A stretch of 64,000 nucleotides of DNA from the human T2T-CHM13v2.0 reference genome, Homo sapiens: the NCBI RefSeq assembly GCF_009914755.1, contig NC_060925.1. One strand, written 5' to 3'. Below are positions 16,696 through 30,332 of this stretch, one piece after another; positions within the stretch are counted from its first letter, which is position 1, and every line of letters starts with the position of its first letter. Below the pieces are notes generated by a model. That model was not told the origin of the DNA and made no database searches. It saw only the letters and a program-made list of their open reading frames with translations. The position numbers were made by a program, and so were the translations under genes.

Positions 16696-17777
16696 TAACT
16701 TGGCTGAAATCTCTTCCTTCTTTGAAATAATGAACAATGTGTGTCTGCTTTATTTTACACAGTAAATATACTACTGACAAGTTAAGTGTAAATGAAATTT
16801 TTTATTAAAATTAAGTATATTTGAACATATCAAAATGGCTAGTTAAAAGTAATCTTTATAAAAATAAGTCCAAGGTTCACTGCAAAGTAATCTGCTCTAT
16901 AAATTTAGATTTCATATATTGGATTTTCTCCTATACCATTTTATCCTCTATTCAAGCCAACCATGTCAAAGTCACATTGTGGTCTTTTCCTTTGTGCTTA
17001 CCACTCTGCTGGTATAAACATAGAACTACAGATTTGGAAGAAATGTTGAAAGTCATTTAGTTTAATGTCTCCTCCTCCTTCCATCTCCAATCCTACCATC
17101 TCTAGCCAATGTTTGCATTTGGTATACTTCTATTGGCAAAATTTTCATAGTGCATATGTATTACTTTAACATGCATACAATATATATGTATTTTTTTAAA
17201 AAAATTGTCCAAAGGGGTAAATATTTACCATAGCAATCATACAGGGTTGGACAGGAACCAGTCCTCTTAGGGAGACAGAATGAGAGAGAATGGTGTGTGC
17301 TATGACTTGACACCTCCACCAATTATAATACACTTGGGATACTAAGGTGTGTATATTTTTGTGGGAAGGTTGAATGCCCCTTACCTCCTTGAAAGTCACT
17401 GCTAATCTATATCTCAATTGGATATACCAGCTCTTCAAGTATTTTAGGACAGCTTTCATGTGTGCAAGGAAAAGTTAATTGCTTTCTGGTCTCATCAAGG
17501 TTAAACGCAATGACTGACTATATAATGTATCTTACTGTATGACTATATAACATGTCTTAAGTATCTGCTTCCTTGCCCTGCCCATTCTGCCTAATCCATA
17601 GTATACTCTTCTAATTGGAAACCCTGCCTTCCATCATTACTCTTTTATTGTCTGTTCATTTTCTCTTTACCATGTTGGGATAGTACATTTCCCAATTACT
17701 TGGACTAAGTACCTTACTCCAAGCTTAAAAGTATTTTTACCAAATATCTCCAGATTTCCCCTTCTCTATTATGAAGA

Positions 17778-17939
17778 CTCTGCAGACTGACAGCCTGGGT
17801 TCAGACTTGGTTCTATCACTTACCAGTTGTATTAACTTGACCAAGTTAACTTAGCCTCCTGTGCCTGAGTTTCCTCCGCAGCAAAATAAAGACAATAATA
17901 GCAATTATCTCATTTAGTTGTTGAGAGGATTAAATAGGA

Positions 17940-17971
<32 letters not shown>

Positions 17972-18020
17972 ACTTAGAACAGTACCTGGCACATAGTAAA
18001 CACTCAGTCAATGTTAATTT
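17778..18020 (+). mobile_element. MIR containing an (AC)15 microsatellite (17941-17970)
   Basis: MIR core ctgtgcctgagtttcctc... and tail cttagaacagtacctggcacatagtaa. Confidence 0.85.
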
Positions 18021-18325
18021 ATGTTGCTGCTTCCTTTTCCTTCATCATCATCCTTTGCTACTATTTAGGAAACTATTTTGCTGCAGGCCCGGAGTGTTTA
18101 CTTCAAAATTTCTTTCCATTAGATTTGTGTTCCCTCTTTCTCAATCCAAACATTCTTGACATTTAATCTCTTCAGCATAGGTCTCTCTGACAAACTGAAT
18201 TGGAGTGGAGCTTTCTTACCTAGCATACCTACTACTATGGCTTGTTTTCATTGCATTATGATGCACACTTATGCTTCACCAATTCACATTCCTCTTCTTT
18301 TCATATCCAAAGCCCACTCCTAGAG

Positions 18326-18547
18326 CAGGGGTTGGCAAACTTTTTCTGTAAAGGGCCAGATGGCAAATATTTTCAGTTTTACAGGACATATGGTCTCTGT
18401 TGCAACTGCTCAACTCTGTTATCATAGCATTAAGGCAGACATATAATACACTAACAAATGAACATGGCTATGTTCCAGTAAAACTTTATTTACAAAAAAC
18501 TGGTGGCAGATAGATTTGGCCTGTGGGCCATAGATTGCCAACTACTA
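18326..18547 (+). mobile_element. MER58A (hAT-Charlie)
   Basis: CAGGGGTTGGCAAAC terminus; 8-bp TSD tcctagag / acctagag. Confidence 0.88.
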
Positions 18548-18729
18548 ACCTAGAGGAATCCTTCCCTAAATAACTCAACCTGGCTCTGATCATTCCATTA
18601 TTTTACCTCAAGCATACACTATATCGTTTTACATATATCTATGTGTTTTTAGGTATTTTTGTGTGGTCAGTCTCCCACTTAGAATACTGTACATACAGAT
18701 CCTTATAAGGAAAGAACTGTAGCTCTTAT

Positions 18730-19240
18730 TTTATTCATTAAACAAAATACATCTGAGCTGAGTAACAAAATCTAAGCCTAGTAGTAACATGTTAAAGACA
18801 CAAAGACAAATAAGTGTAAGTCCCTGTTCATGCTCACAAAGAACTCACAGATTAGTAGGAAAGATAGCAATTCAAATATACAATCATCGTGTGATTTTTG
18901 CTATACAGAGATTTGCTATAAAAAGTGCTCTGGGAAAACAGAAGGGAATGATTAACTTTGCCAGGGGTTGCGGGGGGGTTGAGGAAAGCTTCATGGAGGA
19001 GATGAAGTTGAGCTAGGATTATCCGAAGAAAGACAAATAGGCATTTCAGGCATTCTTCCTAATTATGTGGAATTGAACATAGAAATGGAAAGGGACAATG
19101 TGTTTGGACAATGCTAGCCATTTATTACAGATGAAAAGGGACAAAGTAAGCTACAGGGACAGATGACAGAAACTGAATGAGCTGAGGCTAGAAAAGTAGA
19201 AATGAGGCACCTTGTAAAGAATTTTGCTTGCTATACTAAG
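18730..19240 (-). mobile_element. L2 relic
   Basis: Purine-rich antisense L2-like sequence (ggaaagcttcatggaggagatgaagttgagc). Confidence 0.55.
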
Positions 19241-19767
19241 CCAATGGTATATTATATATTGAGGACTCTGGTATCATCCCAAGATTATATGTTAGCTATT
19301 GAAGGTCAAGATCTGAATTATTTATGATACTTAACATCCATAAAGGGGTTTTAACACTTTTTCATAGACTTTTATATACATTATTTCCAATGTTCATACA
19401 GCTTGCATACTACATGTCTACTAAATTCTGATACTAATTACGAACTTACAATGTAGTGGAAAGGTTAAGACTTAGAGGCAAAAGATCTGGGCTTTATCTT
19501 ACAGCTATTAGTTACAGGATTTTGAATAAGTCTCTTAGCCCATTATTGTTTCTATAAAACAGGATTAATAACAGTACTCTACACATACTTTTAAGTAGTG
19601 TAGTTTGCACATTATAAAGGCACACATAATTTGTAAAAACTGCAGAATAAAATGTCAAGAAAGGGGAAGTTTTTTCATTTGCTCTGTTTTTTGTGACACA
19701 TATATTCATACACAGCCTAATAGAGGATAACTCTCTATTTCTACTATGTATAAATACAGGTTCTGAC

Positions 19768-19844
19768 CTTTTCAAGGATCTGATTTTTGCATGGTTCAGC
19801 TATATCAAATAGGAAATCATTCTTCCTTAGTACGATGTAGAAAT
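19768..19844 (-). other. Candidate 77-nt spliced exon of an unidentified minus-strand host transcript
   Basis: Minus strand: atttctatttttttctatctttcgcttttAG|ATTTCTAC...GAAAAG|GTcaga; lies in non-repetitive sequence. Confidence 0.5.
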
Positions 19845-20267
19845 CTAAAAGCGAAAGATAGAAAAAAATAGAAATATGAACTACTGTAGATCAAAGAAGA
19901 TATGCAGTGAAATTAGATTTCATCAGAGGAAGCCAGAAGGCTGGTTATCCAGACAGGGCTTCTCAAGGGCAGCAATTTGGTTAAGTTTCCAATTTCCAGG
20001 ATACTTTCCTCAGCTTTATGAGTTCAGAACCCTGATTCTGTTAAAAATGGAGCAGACTCTTTTGGATAGAGCTATAGGTCATTACACAATAATAGGTAAA
20101 CTAGAATGTTAATTTATTAATTTACTGTGAGAAATATAACCGCCTAAAATATTTACTGGTACATGACCAGGGCCATTTGACTTTAAAGGTGCATCTACAC
20201 AGGAACCAAATGAGAATCAGATTTCTTGGGCAGTGTGGAACCAGAGTAAGAAATTGTTTGTCTAACT

Positions 20268-20742
<475 letters not shown>

Positions 20743-23150
20743 CCCTTAAGAATGCAAAAGTCCTCAACAAAATACTAGCAAACAAAATTTAGTAGCATAG
20801 TAAGAGCACACACAATTACCAAGTGAGGTTTATTCCCAGAATATAAGGATGGTTCAACATATGAAAATCAATTAACATAATATACCATAAATAGAATGAA
20901 GTAAAAAAAAAAGGCACATGGTAATGTCAATGTAGAGAAAGCATTTGACAAAATTTAATGTGCTTTATAATGAAAATACACAATAAACTAAGAATAGAAG
21001 GGAACTTCTTCAACATAATAAAGGCCATATATAAAAAACTCACAGCTAATATTATACTCAATGGTGAAAGACTGAAAGCTTTTCCCCTAAGATTAGGAAT
21101 AGGACAAAGATAGCCACTTTCACCATTTCTATTAAACATAGTACTGGAAGTTCTAGCTAAAGTAATTAGGCAAGAAAAAGGAATTAAAGGCATTCAGATT
21201 TGAAAGGAAGAAGTAAAATGATCTCTGTTTGCAGATGATATACTCTTATATGTAGGAAATTCTACAGATCCCACAAAAAAGCTATTAGAGCTAATAAATG
21301 AATTCAGCAAAGTTGCGGGATACAAAGTCACACACAAAGTTTAGTTGCATTTCTATATGCTAGCTATGAACAGTGTGCAAAGAAAATTAAGAAAATAATT
21401 CCATTTAAATAGTATCAAAAAGAATAAAATATTTAGGAATAAATTTAACTAACACGGCTAAAGACTTGTACACTGAAAACTACAAAATATTGCAGAAAGA
21501 AATTAAAGAAGATGTAAGTAAATGAAAAGATACTCTGTTCTGTGTTCATGGACTGAAAGACTAATATTGTTAAGATGGCAATACTATCCAAAGCAATCTA
21601 CAGATTCAACGCAATCCCTATCAAAATCCAAACGGCATTTTTGCACAAATAGAAAAAGTTGTCCTAAAATTCACAAAGAATCTTAAAGGATTCCAAATAG
21701 CTCAAACAATCTTGAAAAAAAGAACAAAGTTAGAAAACTTACACTTTCTAATTCCAAAATGTACTACAAAGCTACAGTAATCAAAATAGTACAGTATTGG
21801 CATAAGGATAGATAAGCAGACCAATGTAATAGAACAGAGAGCTCAAAAATAGTTAATTTTCAATAAAAGTCCCAAGACCATTTAATGGGAAAAGGACACT
21901 CTTCAACAAACAGGTCTGGGAAAACTGAATATCCAGATGCAGGAGAATGAAGTTGAATACTTACCTTATACCATATACAAAAAAATTAACTCAAAATTTA
22001 TCAATGACCTAAATAAATGTAAGAGCTAAAACTATAAAACTCTTAGAAGAAAACATAGGGGAAAATCTTTAACATTTTAGATTTGGCAATGACTATAGGA
22101 TATGACAGATAAAACACAGGCAACAAAACAGAAAACAGATAAACTGGACTTCACCAAAATGAAAAACTGTTGTGCATCAAAAGATCCTATCATCAGAGTG
22201 AAAAGACAGTCCACAGAATCGGAGACAATACTTGCAAATCATGTTTGTAGTCTGTCGATATCCAAAATATACACGGAACCCCTATAATTCAACAACAAGA
22301 AGAACTAAAAACCTAAACAACCCAATTCAAAAATGGGCAAAAGACAATTCTCCAAAGAAGATATACAGATGGCCAATAACCACATGAAAAGATGCTCAGC
22401 ATCAATAATCACTAAAGAAATGCAAAAAATACCTACAATGATATACTACTTCACACTTATTAGTATGGCTGTTATGAAAAAAGAAAAATAACAAATGCTG
22501 GTGAGGATATGGGAAAATTGCAACCATCATGCATTGCTGGTGGGAATGTAAAATGGTATAGCTGCTGTGGAAAATGGTTGGCAGTTCTTCAAAAAGTCAA
22601 ATGTGGAATTATCATATGATCCAGCAATTCTACCCCTAGTTATATACCTAAAAGAACTGAAAGCAGGGATTCAAACACACCTGTACACCAATGTTCATAG
22701 CAGCATGATTCACAATAGCCAAAAGTGGAAAACAATCTAAGTGTCCATCAACAGATGACTGGATTAACAAAACATGGTATACACATACAATGGAAAACTC
22801 AGCCATAAAAAGGAATGCAATTCTGATAAATGCTACAACATGGATGAACCTTCAAGGCACTGTGCTAAGTGAAACTGGCCAGACACAAAAGGACAACTAC
22901 TGTACGATTCTACTTACAGGACGAACCTATAATAGGTAAATTTATAGAGATGGAAAGTTAAATAAGGGTTACCAGGGAACTGGTGGAGAGAGGAGAGTTA
23001 TATTTAATGCGTACAGAATTTCTATTTGGGATGATTAAAAAAAATTCTAGGGATGGATAATGGTGCAGGCTACACACACTATAAATGTACTTAATGTCTT
23101 AAGATGGTAAACTTTAAGTTTATGTATATTTTGCCACAATTAAAAAAAAA
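20743..23150 (+). mobile_element. 5'-truncated L1MB-type element (degraded RT to 3'UTR)
   Basis: Degraded ORF2 (ctgtttgcagatgata), L1MB 3'UTR and A tail; possible TSD aaaaacag. Confidence 0.88.
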
Positions 23151-23399
23151 CAGGCAACAGGTGGATGTGCATCAGTGTTTGAAAGCCTCATTCAACTGTC
23201 TTGCAAAAGGAACACAAAGAGCTTCATGGGGACTTTCAAGAAATCCAATCTTGAGCCACAGAATTCCTTTTCCTGGGTAGTCCTAGATGTAGTCCTCTAT
23301 CAACTTTCTTTATGACTTCCTGTTTAACATGTTTCCAAACTGTTCATCTTCTAATAAACATATTCCTTTTCTGGATAATGTTACTATCTATACATAGCA

Positions 23400-23600
23400 T
23401 GCAGTACAGATGGGCTTTGGGCTTGAATACTAACTTTGTCACTAGCTATGTAAACTTGGACAGGTTACTAAGTGTCTCTGGACCTCAATTTCTACATCTT
23501 TAAAATGGAAGTAATAGTGCCTACCCCAAGGTTAGGAAACGTTCAATGTCATGATCTATTTTCATGAATTAATGTAAGTAAGTGTCTGATATATAGAGGG
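23400..23600 (+). mobile_element. MIR
   Basis: cactagctatgtaaacttggacaggttac...cctcaatttctacatctttaaaatgg. Confidence 0.7.
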
Positions 23601-24609
23601 TGCTGCCTCAGCCCCCCAACACTTTGTCATATTACTGATCGCTGATGAAGTCACAGTCCATTCTTTGTCTCTTGGCTCCAACTGAATCCATATGATCATC
23701 ACCACAGTTCTCTGGGGTTTAGAGGGGCTTGCTAGCATCTCCATCAGAGACTTTCTCTCAAAGCCAATATCCAAAAGACAAAAAGTAAGTGTGGACAAAC
23801 TCATTTTCTATCTACCCCCACAAAGCAGAAGCCTGTCTTTATAGCAGGAGTCCACCCTCTGTGAGGGCAGAGATTGTCATAGGCTTATTTTATATCCTAC
23901 ACATTGTCTAGCAGTGCTTAGCAGAAGAAGTAACTTCCTCAGTTTTTAAAATTTGAATTTTCAAGAATTGTTTTTTATAACAGGAGCTTTCATAAATTTT
24001 CTAGTATATAAGTCTACTTCTACCCTTGTAGTACAAAAATAGTTAAGATAAAAACAATAAGCATGGTTCTCTTTTAGCAACAAGAACCCAAGGAAAAACT
24101 GTAAGGTGCTACAGGGTGTGACAGTGACCATTTCAAAGCCCACCACACTATAATTGGATTGCATTAAAAGTGCAAGAAATAACAGAATATGTCCAATATT
24201 TCACCGTTAAAAAGTAAATGATAGAGTCTGTCTGATATTCAACAAGATCGTATTACACAAATCAGGGAAATCTTCATGTGAAAAGCAAAATATCACCAAA
24301 TCATCTAAAGATCAGAGAATGGTATATACTCCTAGATGACAGTGACATTCAATTTCACCTTGCCTGACTGACCTAAACTCCTCCAACTACACCAATTGGG
24401 ATTATCATCAGTATATATTTATTAAACACGCCAAGGTATAAAACTGGAATTAGGAAAAAGGAACTATTACAGAACAAAGAAATGGAAAGATTACAAGGAA
24501 AAGAGGCTAGGATCATTCTGTTAAAATAAATTTTCATGTTGTTAACCTAAAGAACCATCATAGCAGAAGAGCATAAACTATGTGTTAGGCACTTTAAAAA
24601 TAACTTATT

Positions 24610-24910
24610 ATTAAACTATAACATTATTATCCAAAAGTGCATAAATCATAAGTATACAAGCTTAGTGAATTTTTATAATGTACCTCCAAACCAAGAAAGA
24701 GCACATTACTAGCACCCCAATAAATATCCCCTGTGCCCTCCCCTCCCAGTTACTGCTCCACCTAAGAGTAGCCATTGTCTTGACTTCTATCACCGTAGGT
24801 TAGTTTTGCCTGTTTTGAATGTTATATAAATGAAATCATATCATATGTACTCTTTTATGTCCACTTCCTTCCACTCAACATTTTGTTTTGTGAGAGTCAT
24901 CCACTGTGCT
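24610..24910 (-). mobile_element. L1ME-type fragment
   Basis: ttagttttgcctgttttgaatgttatataaatgaaatcata...cactcaacatt. Confidence 0.7.
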
Positions 24911-25071
24911 CCTGGTAGGTGTTTTTATTACTTAACTTAAAGCACCCAACAATTCTGGCATTACTGTTCCCATTTAGATTTTTTTTAAGCTGAACTTTGG
25001 AAGTTAAGGTTAAGGCACCCATGGTCACTCAACTTCTAAATGCAAAAGCTAATATTAAAGGTTGTCTGATT

Positions 25072-25335
25072 TCAGAAAACCAAGTATCACATGTACTTGT
25101 TTATAAGTGGGAGCTAAATATCAGGTACACATGGATATAAAAGTAAGAATAATACACACTAGGGACTCCACAATAGGGGGTGGGGGTGGGAGGATGCTGA
25201 AAACTTCCTATTGGGTACTATGTTCACTATCTGGGTGATGAACTCAATGGAAGCCCAAACCTCAGCATCATGCAATATACCCTTGTAACAAACCTGCACG
25301 TGTACCCCCTGAATCTAAATTAAAATTCAAATCAA
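25072..25335 (+). mobile_element. L1PB-type 3' fragment
   Basis: ataagtgggagctaaa...gaagcccaaacctcagcatcatgcaatatacc...tgtaccccctgaatctaaa. Confidence 0.82.
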
Positions 25336-25641
25336 AGAAAGATTGATTTCAAAGTCCATCCTCTTTTCGGTTTCCTTATGCCTGCCTAGTATAGTTTAAA
25401 ACAAGAAGAAGACCATCCCTAGTTTACTTATCATAGACCATATACAGTGTGTATGTACAGAGGCTTGGCAAACAGGCAAATCTTAAACAAATGTAAAAAA
25501 GTGTTATTAATGCAAGGAAGGAACTAATTGGCACTGGCTTTCAGATCTTTTTTGATTGTAATCCACAGACTTAAATCTAGGTGTTTTTTACAACTGTATA
25601 CATTCCTGGAAACCTCACAATTCTATAAAAATAATGCTTGT

Positions 25642-26017
<376 letters not shown>

Positions 26018-27410
26018 CTAAAAACCCATGGAACTTTGTATCCTTTACACACGCACACATAAACATACTAAATTAGTCTCATTAAACTAAATTAAAGGGA
26101 AGAAGGGGTATGATCCATTTTAAAATAATTTCCAACTAAAATAATTTTTAAAAATAAAACTTTAATCTATAATGGAACAATCCTGTAGCTCTCCAGAACA
26201 TTACGCTTCTTAGAATGGCTTTTTCTCTAAGGTTTTCTGGAGTGAAGATTTGAATGCATGTCATCATCTATAAACAGGAGTCACCTAATAAAAGCTTTTC
26301 ATGATAACAAAATGAACAGCTGAGGTCTCACTCATATGGCTTTGCGGACAGATAAGAGATTACTAACCTTTACCATTTTTTTTTTATCAGTTCACACACT
26401 GCCTAAGCAGACCGTTGAAAGATGTCAATGTTACAAGGGACCAGAGATCTCAAGATCAACTTTAACCTCTTACAGTCTAATAGGTTAGAATCCTATATAG
26501 AAAACTATCTCCTTGGACAAAGAGCCCTGACAATAGATTAGATCCTCAACTACTTGGGCCATGAAGATGGGTAAATAAAGTAATTTGAACTTGACAGAAC
26601 AGCATCCATAAACCATTCTGTAAATCCTCTCTAAAGTCTCAGATTCTTATCTTTTAAAAACTGAGGGAGTTATAAATCCATGGCATTATCTAGGGTCTTG
26701 TACGAATCCTACAGAATTACAAACTTGAGGGTAAACATGGTTTCTCTGTATCAAGAAACTGAGATGAAAGATCTAGATTTAGCCTGGTTCATTCTACTAC
26801 TGAGAAGTCACTTCCTCAGGGCTGCCAATTCCTCAACAGAAAACAGAAGGTTAGAACTCAAGTGTTCTCTTAGTGCCTTCCCAGGTGGGTCCTACATTTA
26901 CTGCAAACTAGCTGCATGCCTGTTTCCTCATCATTCACCTCTACAAGTATCTGATTTTATGGCTTCACAGAAAATTGAAATAAGGAACCTTATCAAGTGA
27001 TATTAGTTGTCTTCCAATGAGCAACTCAAGCAATTGCCTTGACACTCATTTCTGGTTGGGAAACTCTGAGACTACCTCTTCTCTCACCAACAAGGGGCTT
27101 CCAGTGAAATGTGTATTCTGTGACTCCGAAATGGTAAAGAACTCAGGAAGGGGCTCTCTTCTCTAGCGAAGTGACTTAAGAGGGCAAGAAATAATCTTTG
27201 AAAGGTAATAGGTATTTGGCTAAGGGATATCATTGATTTTTTTTAAAAAAATTAATTTAAGGCAATGTAAAAAGAATATAGAACAAGCAATCTAAACAGC
27301 TCAGGCAGAATAGTGCTCAGTATTTACTAGGAACCTTCTTCATGCCAACTCCTGAGAATAATGCCTCTTTAAATAACTCAGGAAATCTTTGTATGCAAGC
27401 ACAGAACTAG

Positions 27411-27779
<369 letters not shown>

Positions 27780-28298
27780 TTTTTTTTTTTTCCCTCCCAG
27801 AAATTTACCTTTTAGAACACAAGATGCCTTCCTCAACTTCCTCAGCTTTTGACCTAGTAATTCATCCCTTACTTTCATAAAATCTACTTTAATTCTTTCT
27901 CACTTTAAGCCTCTGGAGTCCATTGGACCAGGATTCGTGGTAGACTTTACTGTACTTTTATATGGTAGTACCATACTATTTAATAGTGTAGAGAACTCCA
28001 AAAATTTATTTCATCGAAATCATTAATGGGTGTCTAACCTTGTTAAATTTAGTGCAATTCATAACTTTTTGCACCCAGACACTCCTGAAGAATACAAACT
28101 CTTATCAGTGAGGGCAGACTCACTAAGAGCACTGATTTTCAGCAAGGGAATAGGAGGTAGGAGTAATATGATGGGGAGGGAGGCTCCACTGGATGAAGGT
28201 GTTTCAGAATCTCTAGAGGTATTTGTGTAATTAGAAAAAGCACCTCTCCTAGTCTATATGCCTCTCCTACTACCCTTCCCCTGACCCAGGGTCTAGAA

Positions 28299-28870
28299 CA
28301 GTGCTATCCAACAGAAATATAAGCATAATGTTCAGTATTTATTAAATAAAATGCATTATTAAAATTATTTTCACTTGTTTCTTTTAACTTTTAAAAATAT
28401 GATTACTAGAAAAATATAAAATTACATAGGTGGCTTTTACATTTTTCTAGTAGTCATATTTTTAAAAGTTTTAAAAAAAGAAACAAGTGAAAAATGATTT
28501 TAATAATGCATTTTATTTAACCCAGTATATCATATTATTTTGGCAAGTAATCATAAAAATCATTAATGAAAATACATTATTTGTATAGTGTCTTTAAAAT
28601 CTGGTATACATTTACACTTATAGCTTACCTCAATTCAGATGCTAAATTTTCATCACAAATACTTGATCCGTATTTCAATTTTGTAAATTTACACTTGAAA
28701 AAGAAAATTCACATAGAAAATTCACATATCCAAATTGTTTCAAACATACTTAAAATTTTTCTAATACCTGAATTGAGATCCGTTTTTAATTTTAAATTTA
28801 CTTAAAATAAAATAAAATAAAAAATTCATTACATCCAGTCATATTAACCACATGGCTATCAAAAACACAG
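28299..28870 (+). mobile_element. MER33/Charlie5 (hAT) with an internal fold-back duplication
   Basis: cagtgctatccaacagaaatataa...tttatttaacccag...tttacacttatagc...gctaaattttcatcacaaatacttgatc. Confidence 0.78.
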
Positions 28871-28956
28871 TTCTAAAGGAAATATAAAATTAAACATCTA
28901 TTAAGTACTTATTATGTGCCAAGCACTGCTCTAAGCACATTCCATGTATTATGTTG

Positions 28957-29465
28957 TGTTGGGAACAAGCCCCCCAAAATCTGGTCATAAACTGGTCCCA
29001 AAACTGGCCATAAACAAAATCTCTGCAGCACTGTGACTTGTTCATGATGGCCATAACGCCCACGCAGGAAGGTTGTGGGTTTACTGGAATGAAGGCAAGG
29101 AACACCTGGCCCACCCAGGGCAGAAAACCACTTAAAGGCATTCTTAAGCCACAAACAATAGCATGAGCGATCTGTGCCTTAAGGACATGCTCCTGCTGCA
29201 GTTAACTAGCCCAACCTATTCCTTTATTTTGGCCCATCCCTTCGTTTCCCATAAGGGATACTTTTAGTTAATCGAATATCTATAGAAACAATGCTAATGA
29301 CTGGCTTGCTGTTAATAAATACGTGGGTAAATCTCTGTTCGGGGCTCTCAGCTCTGAAGGCTGTGAGACCCCTGATTTCCCACTTCACACCTCTATATTT
29401 CTGTGTGTCTTTAATTCCTCTAGCGCCGCTGGGTTAGGGTCTCCCCGACCGAGCTGGTCTCAGCA
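28957..29465 (+). mobile_element. MER9 solo LTR (HERV-K9/HML-3), inserted in an antisense MIR
   Basis: TGTTGGGAACAAGCCCCCCAAAATCTGG...CTCAGCA, 509 bp; perfect 6-bp TSD ATGTTG at 28951-28956 and 29466-29471. Confidence 0.92.
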
Positions 29466-29494
29466 ATGTTGTTCAATTTTCACTAGTCTATAAG

Positions 29495-29532
29495 GCAGGC
29501 ACTATTATTATCTGCAGGCACTATTATTATCT
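29495..29532. repeat. Perfect 19-bp tandem duplication
   Basis: gcaggcactattattatct x2. Confidence 0.9.
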
Positions 29533-29794
29533 TCATTTTAATGATGAGAAACCAGTGCAGAGAGATATCTTATAATTTGCCCAAGGTTACACAGTTGGTA
29601 CATGGTGGAGCTGGGAATCAAAACAATGGAATTTGGCCAAATTTCTTGTCTCTTAGGCTTAGGATTTTTCAAGGAAAACTGGGCTATTTAGTACGCCTTA
29701 GCAGCAAATGCAATCTTTTTCCTGTGTTTGAATTACAGGTTCTCAGTATTGACCTATTTTCTTCCCTATATGATCCTGTCCTGACTATATGTTA

Positions 29795-30332
29795 AGGTAA
29801 GTTAGATCATATCACTCTCCAGCTTAAAATCTCCCAAAGCCTCCCCATAGCACTTCAAATCAAATCCAAGTACCTTATCCTGGCCCACATAGTCCTGCAT
29901 GATCTGACCCCTACTTACCTCTTCTACTTCATCTCCTATGGCTCTCACCTTTTGCTTTGCTCCAGCTATACTGGTCTTCTCAGCTCCTGTTGGAGGCCAA
30001 GTTCCTTATGACCTTGGGGCCTTTACACTCCCTGGAATGTTCCACCTCAATATTCACATGTCTGGCTTTTCATCATTCAGGTCTTAGCTTAAATGTCACC
30101 TCCTCAGAGAATCCTTCCCTGATCACTCAAACTAAAGTAGTCACCTAGACCCTTTCTATCATACCACTCTTAATTCTCCACATAGCAGTTAGCACCATTT
30201 AATATTTTCCATATCTATTTATTTGTCTCTCTCACTGGGGTGTTTATGTTATTCATTCAGCATTATATCCCAGCACCTGGAATAGTGCCTGGTGTAAGAG
30301 GAGATACTCAATAGGTATTTATTAATGAAATG
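29795..30332 (+). mobile_element. L2a
   Basis: gatcatatcactctccagcttaaaa...aaatgtcacctcctcagaga...aatagtgcctgg...ctcaataggtatttattaatgaaatg. Confidence 0.82.
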
